From positions 1-64,000 of the IMG/VR virus record IMGVR_UViG_3300042934_000547: a DNA stretch of 64,000 bases; one strand, 5' to 3'. Under the pieces are notes generated by a model, which searched no databases, was not told the origin of the DNA, and saw only the letters and a list, made by a program, of their open reading frames with translations. The translations under genes and the position numbers were made by a program. Positions 9,646 to 19,450 of the stretch are shown here, in pieces. Every line of letters begins with the position of its first letter. The stretch's first letter is position 1.

Positions 9646-9683
9646 ATGCTTCAGCCCTCACTTCTATGTATTTTATTTAAATT

Positions 9684-9738
9684 TATTATATCGTTTTAGA
9701 TATTTAAATATTAATATTAAGTTTTTGACATATAAGTA
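9684..9738. promoter_or_regulatory. Divergent late-type promoters (AACG-N6-TA on minus at 9684-9695; GACA-N6-TA on plus at 9727-9738)
   Basis: Motif matches oriented toward each flanking gene. Confidence 0.5.
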
Positions 9739-9760
9739 ATTGTATATAGGAGGAATGAAT

Positions 9761-12202
9761 ATGTATATTCTAAACGAAAGAATGCGAAACGCCCGTAAAG
9801 GTCGTAGATTTAAATGTAAATACTGTAATGAGAGTTTAGAAATAGCTGATTTGATAATTCATATAGATGAGGAACATGATGATTTAATTCCAAAGGATAT
9901 GACTGCTGCACAGGTAGTATATAATACGGTGAACAAACGAGACCGAGGTTCTTGTTTGATATGTAAAAGGGAAACCAAATGGGATGAAGAAAAATGGAGA
10001 TACGATTCATTATGTGGAAGACAGAAATGTTATGATGAATATATAGCTAGATTTAGGTCTAATATGAAACGTACTGGTAAAGATGATCAAATGAATAATC
10101 CGGAACATCAAAAGAAAATGCTCGAAGGACGCAAAATATCGGGTACTTATAAATTCGCCGATGGTGGTGTTAAATCCTATGTTGCTACTTATGAAAAACA
10201 GCTATTAGAGTTTTTAGATAAAGTATGTAATATAAATTCAAAAGATTTAGAAACTCCCGGACCTACGATTGATTATAATTACAAGGGTGAGAAGAAGTTC
10301 TGGATTACCGATTTATATTATACTCCATTTAATCTGGTATTTGACGTTAAACCGGGTGGTGATAATAAGAATACGCATCCTGATATGGAAGAAAACCGTC
10401 AAAAACAAAAAGCAAAACAAGACCAAATTATTAAAGACGGTGTATATAATTATATTGAATTAACTGATAATAATTTTGCTCAGCTATTCACTATTCTTAA
10501 AGAGATTAAACTCAATATGTTTGACAATATAAATGATAAGGTCATTAAGATATATGAGGATACTCAAATGGGTTTAAAATATTTGATTCCGTATTCAGAT
10601 AATGGATATATAATTACTGGATATGCTGCTAGTAATAGTATATTGATGGAAGATCTATTCATTGAAGAGAATGGAAAGATGATAAGAAAAGATAAATCTT
10701 TTCTGGAAGATAAATCTTACACAATATATAAAGGTGATTTATATGACGGAACCACATCTACTATATTAGAAGCATTTGGGATTGAATTACCATCTGATAT
10801 AAATTATCTACAAAAGATTTATGATAATAACGGGAAATATGATTTATCTGATATTCTTAAACACGAAGAATTTAAGAATAAGAATACAAACCAGATAGAA
10901 TCATTAGTTGAATCAGCATTACTGAATGAAGTAAATACTAAAGAGGAAATGACAATAACTAATGATTACCCAGACAATGATGAACCAATAAATGAGTCAT
11001 ATATATTTAATCAGAAAGATTTATATATTAATTTTGATAAATTTGAATCTGGTCAATCTAATATGGTATTTATTACAGGATTATCTGGTGGAGGTAAATC
11101 AACTCTAGCTACTAAATTGGCAAGTAAATATAATGCAGAAGTTATAGAGTTAGATATATTCGAGCATAATGCTGGATATACCGATGAAAACCTCAATCAA
11201 GCAGGTGACGTATTTGTAGAATATTTCTTGAATAAACGCAAAGATTTGAGAGTGCCTATTAAAAAATTAGCTAATATGGATTCAAAAACATTTCGTATGG
11301 AATTCGAGAAATTCTTCAATTTTGTAATAGAATATTGTAAGAAAAATAAAGACAGGAAATTTATAATAGAAGGGGTTCAGATATACAGTAGGGACTTAAA
11401 ACAAATCAAAGGAAATCCAATAATATTGGTTAATACATCAGTAAAAACTTCATTACTTCAACGTTTTAAACGTAATGATTTTGATGGTAATAAAATTGAT
11501 TGGAAAGCTGAATTAAAAAATGAATTTCCTCAATTAATTTCTTGGTATATAGATAATGAGCATGAATACAGTAGATTTAAAAAAGAATTATTAGCAGAGG
11601 ATGTTGGACATGAAAATTTTAGCACCTTGTATTATCTCAGTGCTGAAAAGTTGGATGATGATGAATTAATTGTTCACCCATCGAATCATCCTCCTATATA
11701 TATTCATAAAAATACTTATAGTGCCCAGAAAAAGATTTTAACTTCTACTAGTGTTGAGAAACTATTGAGATTGGTACCTACTAACTTTAAAAACAGAATA
11801 TTTCATATTTATGAACCTTTCTATTATCCTGATATCATATATGAAATACCATCTTCAAATCAATATGAAGATGTGCAACTGACTGATGTTGTATGGATAA
11901 CTAACGATTGTAAAATGAGCTATGTTGGTGCGATACTGCTCAAGGAACCAGATTTATCAGAACCTATGGCAAGTTCGGATCATAAGGTTGGAGTATTATA
12001 TGACTGGAATTGGTCATGGGAAAATAAACCTAATACTTCAGATTTAACCAATACAATCGTAGAAAATACTAATATACTCGATTCAATCAGAAAGAATGTC
12101 AATACCATTCCTCCAGTTCGTTTATCAGAATCAGAGGAAATTAATACTTATCAAGGTTTACTGGAGGATTTTACTCAATACTCTAACATATTTATTGAAT
12201 AA
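9761..12202 (+). CDS. Multidomain protein: C2H2/Cys zinc fingers + PD-(D/E)xK nuclease-like domain + P-loop kinase + degenerate ADP-ribosyltransferase-like C-terminal domain
   Basis: CKYC...HIDEEH; CLIC...CGRQKC; ITDLYYTPFNLVFDVK; Walker A GLSGGGKST; C-terminal LYYLS...TSTS...DVQLTDVVWIT. Start moved to ATG 9761 (AGGAGGA RBS). Confidence 0.6.
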   Translation: MYILNERMRNARKGRRFKCKYCNESLEIADLIIHIDEEHDDLIPKDMTAAQVVYNTVNKRDRGSCLICKRETKWDEEKWRYDSLCGRQKCYDEYIARFRSNMKRTGKDDQMNNPEHQKKMLEGRKISGTYKFADGGVKSYVATYEKQLLEFLDKVCNINSKDLETPGPTIDYNYKGEKKFWITDLYYTPFNLVFDVKPGGDNKNTHPDMEENRQKQKAKQDQIIKDGVYNYIELTDNNFAQLFTILKEIKLNMFDNINDKVIKIYEDTQMGLKYLIPYSDNGYIITGYAASNSILMEDLFIEENGKMIRKDKSFLEDKSYTIYKGDLYDGTTSTILEAFGIELPSDINYLQKIYDNNGKYDLSDILKHEEFKNKNTNQIESLVESALLNEVNTKEEMTITNDYPDNDEPINESYIFNQKDLYINFDKFESGQSNMVFITGLSGGGKSTLATKLASKYNAEVIELDIFEHNAGYTDENLNQAGDVFVEYFLNKRKDLRVPIKKLANMDSKTFRMEFEKFFNFVIEYCKKNKDRKFIIEGVQIYSRDLKQIKGNPIILVNTSVKTSLLQRFKRNDFDGNKIDWKAELKNEFPQLISWYIDNEHEYSRFKKELLAEDVGHENFSTLYYLSAEKLDDDELIVHPSNHPPIYIHKNTYSAQKKILTSTSVEKLLRLVPTNFKNRIFHIYEPFYYPDIIYEIPSSNQYEDVQLTDVVWITNDCKMSYVGAILLKEPDLSEPMASSDHKVGVLYDWNWSWENKPNTSDLTNTIVENTNILDSIRKNVNTIPPVRLSESEEINTYQGLLEDFTQYSNIFIE

Positions 12203-12220
12203 TTTTTCACAAACGCATCT

Positions 12221-12640
12221 AACCATATAATAAGCATTCTAATAATCTATTATTAGGAGAGCTATTATATCACTATATGCTCTAACTTGTATATTATACA
12301 CTTGTACTGAGTGAGTATGTTTGTTTAATATAAAATCCATCAATTAAATCAAGCTAAGCTCAACGATAAATGATTTCTTAGGACTTTGATTATTGATATT
12401 TTTGTGTTACAAACCGTTGTAGTATACTTATGATAGTACACAAACAATTAACGCACTAGCCAATTTATCCCCCGATAAGATTTAACTATTTGAAGTTAAG
12501 TGCGTTAATTATTTTGGCAATAAGAAACTGACACCTCCGTTTCTTTTAATATAAATTGACTCCTTTTGGTTAAGACTCATTTGTTTTTAATTCTATTTGC
12601 CTCCCGGGAGTGGATTAATTTCCACTCCCACCTTTTTTCA
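12221..12640 (+). ncRNA. Candidate ~400-nt structured non-coding RNA
   Basis: Late-type promoter AACC-N6-TA (12221-12232); no ORF with a usable RBS; several perfect stems (12446-12457/12499-12510 enclosing two hairpins; 12522-12545); plus-strand terminator at 12606-12638. Confidence 0.45.
12606..12638 (+). terminator. Intrinsic terminator
   Basis: GGGAGTGGA-ttaatt-TCCACTCCC followed by ACCTTTTTT. Confidence 0.8.
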
Positions 12641-12661
12641 AAAAAAAAATAAAGTATGGAA

Positions 12662-13279
12662 TTAACCATGCTTTATGATATTATCAATAAGTGATTCACG
12701 AGATTTCATAAATTCATCAAGAGTGTTATAATCTTTCCAAAGAAACGATAAATCATTATATGATCTAGTTAATAATTTATTTATCCGTCCCTTTATCAGA
12801 TAATCAGGTTTATTAAATGTATCTAATGTAAATTTCTCTAAACAGTAGCTAATCAATCCTATATTATTTACGATTATACAACTTATGAAATGCTCAGGGT
12901 TAACTCTAAATGCCTTGGTCTGTTTAACAATTTCGAATAACCTTTTAGTATTCATAGTATACAACATACCCCCGATGATATATGGGGCTACATATTCACC
13001 AATTTCCCTATTATATGATTCACTATCAATATCAATTAATTCATATAATGATTTATAGAATTTGCTGTCATAGAGTTCTATCATGTCAAAAGTTGTTATA
13101 TTTGAATCTGCATATAATAGGTTTTCAAATAGGTCCTTCACACTTCTTAAATCATTGGTTACTTTAAATCGGTCTAACCAATCTGCTATATTATCGAGAG
13201 TCTTCCAGTATTCACCCATCTTAATTCCATAGCCTAGTTTAGCATTTATGAATTGAATTTTACCAGTACATTTTTTCAT
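12662..13279 (-). CDS. Hypothetical protein (early operon)
   Basis: 205-aa ORF coupled to the upstream gene by a TAATG overlap. Confidence 0.65.
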   Translation of the reverse strand: MKKCTGKIQFINAKLGYGIKMGEYWKTLDNIADWLDRFKVTNDLRSVKDLFENLLYADSNITTFDMIELYDSKFYKSLYELIDIDSESYNREIGEYVAPYIIGGMLYTMNTKRLFEIVKQTKAFRVNPEHFISCIIVNNIGLISYCLEKFTLDTFNKPDYLIKGRINKLLTRSYNDLSFLWKDYNTLDEFMKSRESLIDNIIKHG

Positions 13280-13614
13280 TATAATGCCTCCTCATCCTGA
13301 AATAGTATTTGTGAACGTTTATGTATTGATTCAATATATCCCAGTTCATTGATTACTACAACGTTTTTATTGTTATGAACGAAATAGAATGCATCTTCAC
13401 GTTTTTCAAGACATATATCACACTCATTCGATGATTCGAAAGTTTCAATCACAACACATTCGTCGTATTTTGGGGAGAAGATATCTATTTCCGAACACGC
13501 ATCCCGTCGTGTAATTTTTAATATCCTCCATTTATCATTATAATAAACTACTAAACAATCTTCATCATTGGTGATTGGAAATTTGATTAATGTATTCCTA
13601 AATAATGTTCCCAT
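13279..13614 (-). CDS. Hypothetical protein
   Basis: 111 aa, GGAGGTG RBS. Confidence 0.65.
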   Translation of the reverse strand: MGTLFRNTLIKFPITNDEDCLVVYYNDKWRILKITRRDACSEIDIFSPKYDECVVIETFESSNECDICLEKREDAFYFVHNNKNVVVINELGYIESIHKRSQILFQDEEAL

Positions 13615-13626
13615 TATTACACCTCC

Positions 13627-13935
13627 CTAATTCCATATAATATATGTGATAATATTACCGTATTTGTCAATTGATAATACCTGTGTATTATCTTTCCTGA
13701 ATTTAAATGAATCTTCATCTTCGGTAATCACAATTCCAGATTCAGATTGTTGATTAATCTGCTTAATCTTTTTATTTTCATCGTATTCGAAAGTTATAGT
13801 ATTTATAACACTACTATTTTTATTATGTATAATTTTAACAACTGTTCCTAGTTCATTGCTTAGATATTCTACGAGAAAATCTTCAGATTTATTTACACGT
13901 ACAACTATTCCATATACAGTTCTCGCATATTTCAT
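13627..13935 (-). CDS. Hypothetical beta-rich protein (degenerate YD-like repeat)
   Basis: 102 aa, AAGGA RBS; FEYDENKKIKQI and IDKYGNII segments. Confidence 0.6.
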   Translation of the reverse strand: MKYARTVYGIVVRVNKSEDFLVEYLSNELGTVVKIIHNKNSSVINTITFEYDENKKIKQINQQSESGIVITEDEDSFKFRKDNTQVLSIDKYGNIITYIIWN

Positions 13936-13953
13936 CTCTAATCATCCTTTCTA

Positions 13954-14520
13954 TTATCTATTCCACCATTGGTCAACTTCGTTTGAATCATCTCCAGTTT
14001 CTTCCTGACATATATTTTCATTACTATTATAGATAGTCTCTATTTGTTTTAATGAACCCATATTATCATAAAGATAATTATTTCTTTTACCATTTGAATA
14101 GTTAACATGAATCAAATTATCTTTATCATCATATTCCATCATTTCTTCATAATTGTTTGAAGTTTTTATTCTGATTAGATTATTTCGTTCGTCGTAACTG
14201 TAATTTACTTCAAATCCTTCCTCATCCCTATAATGAACCAATCTACCTTCTTCATCATATGAACTCCACTGTTGATGGTTATCTGTGTCTTTATAATAAG
14301 TGATATTATTATCCTTATTATATTCATGCCATGATTGGAATCCATTGGAATTTTTAGTATGAATTAGATTACCTTTATCGTCATACTCTTTCCACATCTC
14401 GATTCCATTTAAAAACTTGACATATACTTCCTTTCCAAAATCGTCATATCTGCGTATAGGTAGTAATTCACCTGCGATATATTTTCGTTTGCTATCAAAT
14501 AATTCCAATACTCTACTCAT
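13954..14520 (-). CDS. Stand-alone YD/RHS-repeat protein
   Basis: About six 21-aa repeats of the form (E/S)YDxxG(N/R)L(I/V)HxxxxxG; GGAGG RBS. Confidence 0.75.
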   Translation of the reverse strand: MSRVLELFDSKRKYIAGELLPIRRYDDFGKEVYVKFLNGIEMWKEYDDKGNLIHTKNSNGFQSWHEYNKDNNITYYKDTDNHQQWSSYDEEGRLVHYRDEEGFEVNYSYDERNNLIRIKTSNNYEEMMEYDDKDNLIHVNYSNGKRNNYLYDNMGSLKQIETIYNSNENICQEETGDDSNEVDQWWNR

Positions 14521-14553
14521 ATTTATAACCTCCTATGCCTTATTATTCAGTTA

Positions 14554-14564
14554 TATAATATATA
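14554..14564 (-). promoter_or_regulatory. Early-type promoter core TATATATTATA
   Basis: Core motif just upstream of the YD-repeat gene, next to the stem-loop at 14581. Confidence 0.55.
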
Positions 14565-14580
14565 CTTAAAATAAAAAATA

Positions 14581-14606
14581 AAGAGTAGGAAATTATTCCT
14601 ACTCTT
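14581..14606 (-). terminator. Terminator after the RNR gene
   Basis: AAGAGTAGGAA-atta-TTCCTACTCTT with a T-rich tail on the minus strand. Confidence 0.8.
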
Positions 14607-14656
14607 ATAAATCATAATCCATTAATACTATTAATTTTCCCACAGTTACATCCTAG

Positions 14657-17011
14657 TTATTTTATAGGACAAATTCCAGCATCGCAACCATCAGTTCCTA
14701 TATCTAACTCTGTTTCATAAGTTTCATATTTAGAAAGAAGTGATGTTGAGAATGGTCGCATTTCGGATATACGTTTATTATATTCTTCTTCAGTAATAGC
14801 TTCATATGGCATTAATTGGTAGAAAGTATCATCTAAAGATAAGAATGTCAATGCAACACAAATATCCCAATTATCCCATACCCACTGTTCAACACCTTCC
14901 CACTCATTTTCTCTTACGTGAACTGTTATTGAACAGTTATGGTCTACATAATGTGCCATAAACATTTTATAGTTCTCTAATTGTTGGATAGCAGATACAT
15001 CATATTTAGTAACCCCTTCAGGAGCTTTACATGGAAATTCTAAAACTACTGTACTAGCTGTCTCCATAACTTGTCCAACTTCTGGGAATATTGAATAATT
15101 CAATTCCTTGCACACCTTTACTATAGGATCATGAGCATTAATACGAACTCTTCTTATATAGTAAGGGGCATGAGCGTAATGAACACCACTAGATACGGTA
15201 GGTAATTGAGATAATGTACCTTCTGGTTTAACTGTAGTTACTAATAGTGGAACATTTTCTCCTATCTGTTTAGCATATTTTTCAGACTCATCATGAGCAA
15301 TATTACGCATATTATATAACAATGCAGCCTCTTGTGAACTATTGATTTTGGTAGCATTGACCATATCCTGCCATCCAGTTAATGAGCATCCAAGGAGCTT
15401 ATCACGTTGTTGTACGTTATTCCATTCATTTAATTCTAATTCGATGCAAGTCATTCGATACGCAGCTCTTGCTGAAAGTTTCTGAGCTTCATATAAAGCT
15501 TCTGTATCAATTTCTCCAGTTGGAGTAACAAATGCCATAGTATTAAGAGTTGTAAGATTACACAAACCTTTGCTATCTAATAAGATTTCACCACATGGGT
15601 TTACACCATTCATGTTAGGTCTACGTTTAGATGCAGCCTCAGCATTCACCCAGCCCGGTTCTCCAGAAAATCTCATCTGTTCTATATGCCAATGTAATTG
15701 TTCTCTAGTAGGTCTTTGTTTATAATATATAGAGTTATTACTCATTGAACGATGGATTATCTCTTTATTTGGAACCCATTTACCATTTTCTTGGATATAT
15801 AGGTTCTTCTTAGCATTAATACAATCATGGTCATCAGAGTCTATTAACACTACTTCACTAGTACGTCTTACTCCACCAACAACTACATTTTCTCCAATTA
15901 TATTAACAATATCCATACAATCGATTGGTTTTAATTTGATTTTTGAACCCATGATCGATTGTTTTTGGATTACGTTAAGTATCTTAGTAAACATATTTTT
16001 TATTGAACCGTGACCACTAGCTGTACCGCCAAATGTTTTTAATGGTTCACCTTTAGGACGTACGTTGTTATAGTTGACAATTATCGTGTTAACTTCCTTG
16101 TAACTTGGATTGGCAACTAATTCAAAGAAGAAATTTAATGATTCAACCCAACCTTCTTTACTATCACCTATTGTTATAGTGGCAGTATCATTGTGAGCAA
16201 AAGTTAAACTTGTATTATTTTCTCGTTTACTCTTTGCTAGAGGTGAATAATCTTCATTGATTAATTTGAAATTAGTTCTAACTTTCGGTAATTTAGCAAC
16301 ATCATCTTTTAATATTCTTACACCAACACCAGCTCCGACCATGAGTAGATAAAATAAGTCCCCAAACGCATCAAAATTATCTATAATCTCAAACGCACAG
16401 TTAAAATTTCCAGAAGGGAAACTATATGCTACTTTAGTACCACCAACCCAGAATGTTCTACCTGATAAAAACTGTCTTAGATTGAATATATTGTCATATA
16501 ATTTTTCAGCTTCTTCTTTACCTGTTGGTGCTAATGAGCAGTTATATTCAACAGCCCTTCTAACGGTTTCCCACCAATATTCTCTTCTATTTTCTTCTGG
16601 TAAATATCTTGAATATGTACGTAGATAAACGAACTTACCTAATTCTGTCATAGGTGGTTCTATGTGTTTATATTTACTGATAAATTCATCAGATAACAAT
16701 CCCGATTTTTCTTCTTTTTTAGTATTACGTTTTTTATCTCTTTCATACCTGTAAACTATGTAAGTCTTAGCAGCATCTCTACGATCACTTGCCATCAATA
16801 AGTCTTCTACTAAATCTTGAATATTATCGACTTCTAATGCAAATGACAACGATTCGGCATGTTCATGTATCTTTGTTGTTATAGAATTGATAAGGTCTTC
16901 ATTTATACCTGCTGGTGTTTCTTTCATAGCATTTCTGATGGCATTTTTAATTTTGTCATCTTCAAAGGTAACAGTGTTACCATTACGCTTTATAATCTGT
17001 AAGTTGCTCAT
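14657..17011 (-). CDS. nrdJ: Class II (adenosylcobalamin-dependent) ribonucleotide reductase with N-terminal ATP cone
   Basis: IIKRNG ATP cone; RTYSR; NPCGEI catalytic motif; TTVKPEGTLS; C-terminal redox pair CDAGICPIK. Confidence 0.92.
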   Translation of the reverse strand: MSNLQIIKRNGNTVTFEDDKIKNAIRNAMKETPAGINEDLINSITTKIHEHAESLSFALEVDNIQDLVEDLLMASDRRDAAKTYIVYRYERDKKRNTKKEEKSGLLSDEFISKYKHIEPPMTELGKFVYLRTYSRYLPEENRREYWWETVRRAVEYNCSLAPTGKEEAEKLYDNIFNLRQFLSGRTFWVGGTKVAYSFPSGNFNCAFEIIDNFDAFGDLFYLLMVGAGVGVRILKDDVAKLPKVRTNFKLINEDYSPLAKSKRENNTSLTFAHNDTATITIGDSKEGWVESLNFFFELVANPSYKEVNTIIVNYNNVRPKGEPLKTFGGTASGHGSIKNMFTKILNVIQKQSIMGSKIKLKPIDCMDIVNIIGENVVVGGVRRTSEVVLIDSDDHDCINAKKNLYIQENGKWVPNKEIIHRSMSNNSIYYKQRPTREQLHWHIEQMRFSGEPGWVNAEAASKRRPNMNGVNPCGEILLDSKGLCNLTTLNTMAFVTPTGEIDTEALYEAQKLSARAAYRMTCIELELNEWNNVQQRDKLLGCSLTGWQDMVNATKINSSQEAALLYNMRNIAHDESEKYAKQIGENVPLLVTTVKPEGTLSQLPTVSSGVHYAHAPYYIRRVRINAHDPIVKVCKELNYSIFPEVGQVMETASTVVLEFPCKAPEGVTKYDVSAIQQLENYKMFMAHYVDHNCSITVHVRENEWEGVEQWVWDNWDICVALTFLSLDDTFYQLMPYEAITEEEYNKRISEMRPFSTSLLSKYETYETELDIGTDGCDAGICPIK

Positions 17012-17044
17012 ATTTACCTCTCATTTTATGTATTTTTATTCATC

Positions 17045-17056
17045 TATTATATTGTT
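17045..17056 (-). promoter_or_regulatory. Late-type promoter AACA-N6-TA for nrdJ
   Basis: AACAatataaTA on the minus strand, ~35 nt upstream of the ATG. Confidence 0.55.
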
Positions 17057-17109
17057 CTACCGGAGTTAAAAACAAAAAAAAAATAAAGGAAAATATTTTC
17101 CTTTATTGA

Positions 17110-17322
17110 TTATTTAGCAAGACATGCGAAGTACTTTGCGTGAATAATAGCTAATGCCTCTTCTTTATTCTTACCTATAAATTCACTTTCAGAAAAACTT
17201 ATTTCATCTGAGAAGTAATTAAATAATGATTCCTTAATATTGTTAATAGTGATGAAGATTTCATCTGAGTCTTTCCATGTAGCTCCCTTTATTATTTCGC
17301 AATCTGTAATCTTATCATCCAT
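17110..17322 (-). CDS. Small hypothetical early protein
   Basis: 70 aa with GGGGA RBS, downstream of an early promoter. Confidence 0.65.
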   Translation of the reverse strand: MDDKITDCEIIKGATWKDSDEIFITINNIKESLFNYFSDEISFSESEFIGKNKEEALAIIHAKYFACLAK

Positions 17323-17388
17323 TTTATATCCCCCTAGATATTTTTATGAAAAGGTTTATTTATTACATTTATTTTTCCTTATCATATC

Positions 17389-17422
17389 TATAATATATAT
17401 TTGAGGAAATTGACTTTTACAA
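17389..17422 (-). promoter_or_regulatory. Early-type promoter TTGTAA-N17-TATATATTATA
   Basis: Near-identical to the 21278-21311 element, including the flanking GATATGATA. Confidence 0.65.
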
Positions 17423-17433
17423 TAAAAAAAAAG

Positions 17434-17455
17434 AAGAGAGAAATTAATCTCTCTT
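17434..17455 (-). terminator. Terminator
   Basis: AAGAGAGA-aattaa-TCTCTCTT with a minus-strand T-run. Confidence 0.7.
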
Positions 17456-17598
17456 AATTTAAAAATTGTATTATTTGTTTTGAGCACTTCTTTGTGCTGC
17501 GGCTGTAGCAAGACCCATACGTTCTATTACCGCTCTACTATACATTTACGGTTAAACCATTTATATTTATGTAGCATGAATTACATAATTATTTATGA

Positions 17599-18252
17599 TT
17601 AGAGTATCCCTCTATTATAAGTTTTCAATTCCCTATTACAGATTGGGCAACGGTTTATATCAATGCTGTCTGACCAGTCACTGACACTCGTTCCGTCAGA
17701 TATTTTAACTAAACCATGTTGAATATCTAGTTGTGCTTTATACTCGGGATAGTTATCCATATCCATTCGTAGACGTGCAAACAGTTCATAGTCTTCACCG
17801 TTTATAGTGGTTTTTATGCGGTGTTCTAATACACAATTTGTTTCACTACAGAAAGTACATTCTTTCATCCATTCATCTAACGTACCAGTAATTAAATTAT
17901 ACATCGGTTCGATTTCATTCTGAATATTTGACATGATCTTTTGTTCAATTCTAAACTCATCATTCTTAGAAAAATATACACCCTGACTGCGTCTATTATT
18001 AATTTCCTGATGTATTTCATCTCGAATACCTTGGTAAAGTTTACTTTCATCACATTCAGATTCAGGTGACTTTATGTTTACTTTATTTTCTGGTTGTTGT
18101 TTAGGTGCATCGGGTATTACAATGTCATTAAAATGACCGGGTTTATAATTTGTTCGTTTTATTATCAATATCGGGTCTGAGTCTAATGGTAATATTGACG
18201 GTATCATAAAACTACCACCACGGTTTCTATTAACTTTTTTATCACGTCTCAT
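17599..18252 (-). CDS. Hypothetical protein with Cys pairs (CTFC, CPIC)
   Basis: 217-aa ORF; the start may be the later ATG at 18207. Confidence 0.6.
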   Translation of the reverse strand: MRRDKKVNRNRGGSFMIPSILPLDSDPILIIKRTNYKPGHFNDIVIPDAPKQQPENKVNIKSPESECDESKLYQGIRDEIHQEINNRRSQGVYFSKNDEFRIEQKIMSNIQNEIEPMYNLITGTLDEWMKECTFCSETNCVLEHRIKTTINGEDYELFARLRMDMDNYPEYKAQLDIQHGLVKISDGTSVSDWSDSIDINRCPICNRELKTYNRGIL

Positions 18253-18255
18253 TTG

Positions 18256-18870
18256 TTATTTTTCTCCCTTTTCATTTAATGATGTTTCAGGGGAAATAAT
18301 TTGGGGTTTCCATCTATCTCGGTGATAAAATTCGAAAGTTCGTTTGGTGTGCTTATTTAATGATTTATAATATACACTACTCGGCAAATCATTACCAATC
18401 GTTGCACCCCCATCCATGAAATAATACCCTAATTCACAGGTTATAAACTTTGATATATAGATATCTTTATCATATACCCATTGTTTACATTCTTCATAAC
18501 CCATTTCAGTGAACAGGTGTTCAGCCATAAGTGTTACTATATAACGTTGCTCCATGTAATCTGGATTAGATTCGTCAACAGTAACTTCAAATAAGGCTTC
18601 AGAACCGAATGATGTTACATATAAAAACATTCCTAAATAGTTATCTGTACCAACTTCTCTTACCATTAAAATCCTGTCACTCTTGAATTCCTCATCTTTT
18701 TTCTCTTCCTTAATATCAAGAAATCCGAAGAATTTAATTCTGGAACACATATAGATAGTATAGCTAGATGACTTATCCAGATGTTTTCCAAATTTTTCTT
18801 TTGCCTCACTTAATGTTTCATGTGGTCTCTGTAATACAACCTCATAGAACTTTCCATTAATGTTTTTCAT
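18256..18870 (-). CDS. Hypothetical protein, possible GNAT-like fold
   Basis: 204 aa; pattern LFTEMGYEECKQWV...ELGY resembles the RimJ/RimL C-terminal strand-helix. Weak. Confidence 0.4.
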   Translation of the reverse strand: MKNINGKFYEVVLQRPHETLSEAKEKFGKHLDKSSSYTIYMCSRIKFFGFLDIKEEKKDEEFKSDRILMVREVGTDNYLGMFLYVTSFGSEALFEVTVDESNPDYMEQRYIVTLMAEHLFTEMGYEECKQWVYDKDIYISKFITCELGYYFMDGGATIGNDLPSSVYYKSLNKHTKRTFEFYHRDRWKPQIISPETSLNEKGEK

Positions 18871-18873
18871 AGT

Positions 18874-19347
18874 TTAAATCTCCTTTTCTCTTTGTTTGAT
18901 TTTTTTATCTATTGCTCTATATATAGCACTATCAACTTGTTCCCAGAAATAGTCATCATTATCGACTATATCTTTCCGTTCTTCATCAGTTAATTCAACG
19001 TCAAGAACTTTTTCTCTAACTTCTATAGCATTTATTATACCATATTTTTCATGAGATACTTCTCTTTCTCTTCGAATAAAATCAACTAAATGATTGGTGA
19101 TACACTCATTTTCATCAGGACAATTAGTTATAAAATCTTCTAATTCATCAACAGTGAAATCAGTCGATTCATACTTGTAAACATTACCATCGATATCATG
19201 GTATATACCCTCAGTAGTATTAAGGGAGTTAACGTTACAACTATTTCTTAGTATTTTTTCTGGAGCTTGATTAGTCATATCGAGTCCTACTATTTGAGGT
19301 TCTCCCCCAATCGTTCTTGTTATTGCTCTTATTTTTTCCGTAAACAT
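18874..19347 (-). CDS. Hypothetical early protein
   Basis: 157 aa, AAGGAGAG RBS, early core motif at 19381-19391. Confidence 0.65.
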   Translation of the reverse strand: MFTEKIRAITRTIGGEPQIVGLDMTNQAPEKILRNSCNVNSLNTTEGIYHDIDGNVYKYESTDFTVDELEDFITNCPDENECITNHLVDFIRREREVSHEKYGIINAIEVREKVLDVELTDEERKDIVDNDDYFWEQVDSAIYRAIDKKIKQREKEI

Positions 19348-19413
19348 TTATTCTCTCCTTTCATTTTCCCATTTCAATTATATAATATATATTTGAAATT
19401 CTATTAAGTAGTC

Positions 19414-19425
19414 GACATTATTGTA
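19414..19425 (+). promoter_or_regulatory. Late-type promoter GACA-N6-TA
   Basis: GACAttattgTA upstream of the methyltransferase; same spacer as at 39436-39447. Confidence 0.55.
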
Positions 19426-19450
19426 ATTATATATTTAGAGAGGGCGTTTT

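Noticed and set aside
12203-12661. tRNA, tmRNA or a protein-coding gene in the large intergenic gap
   Set aside because: No cloverleaf or TTCGA arm with CCA end, and no tag-peptide ORF. The only small ORF (MSLNQKESIYIKRNGGVSFLLPK, minus strand) has its GGAGG about 19 nt from the ATG.
5598-17011. Introns or inteins in the RNAP and RNR genes (common in jumbo phages)
   Set aside because: Both ORFs are continuous, of ordinary length, and show no intein (C/S...HN) or homing-endonuclease insertion motifs.
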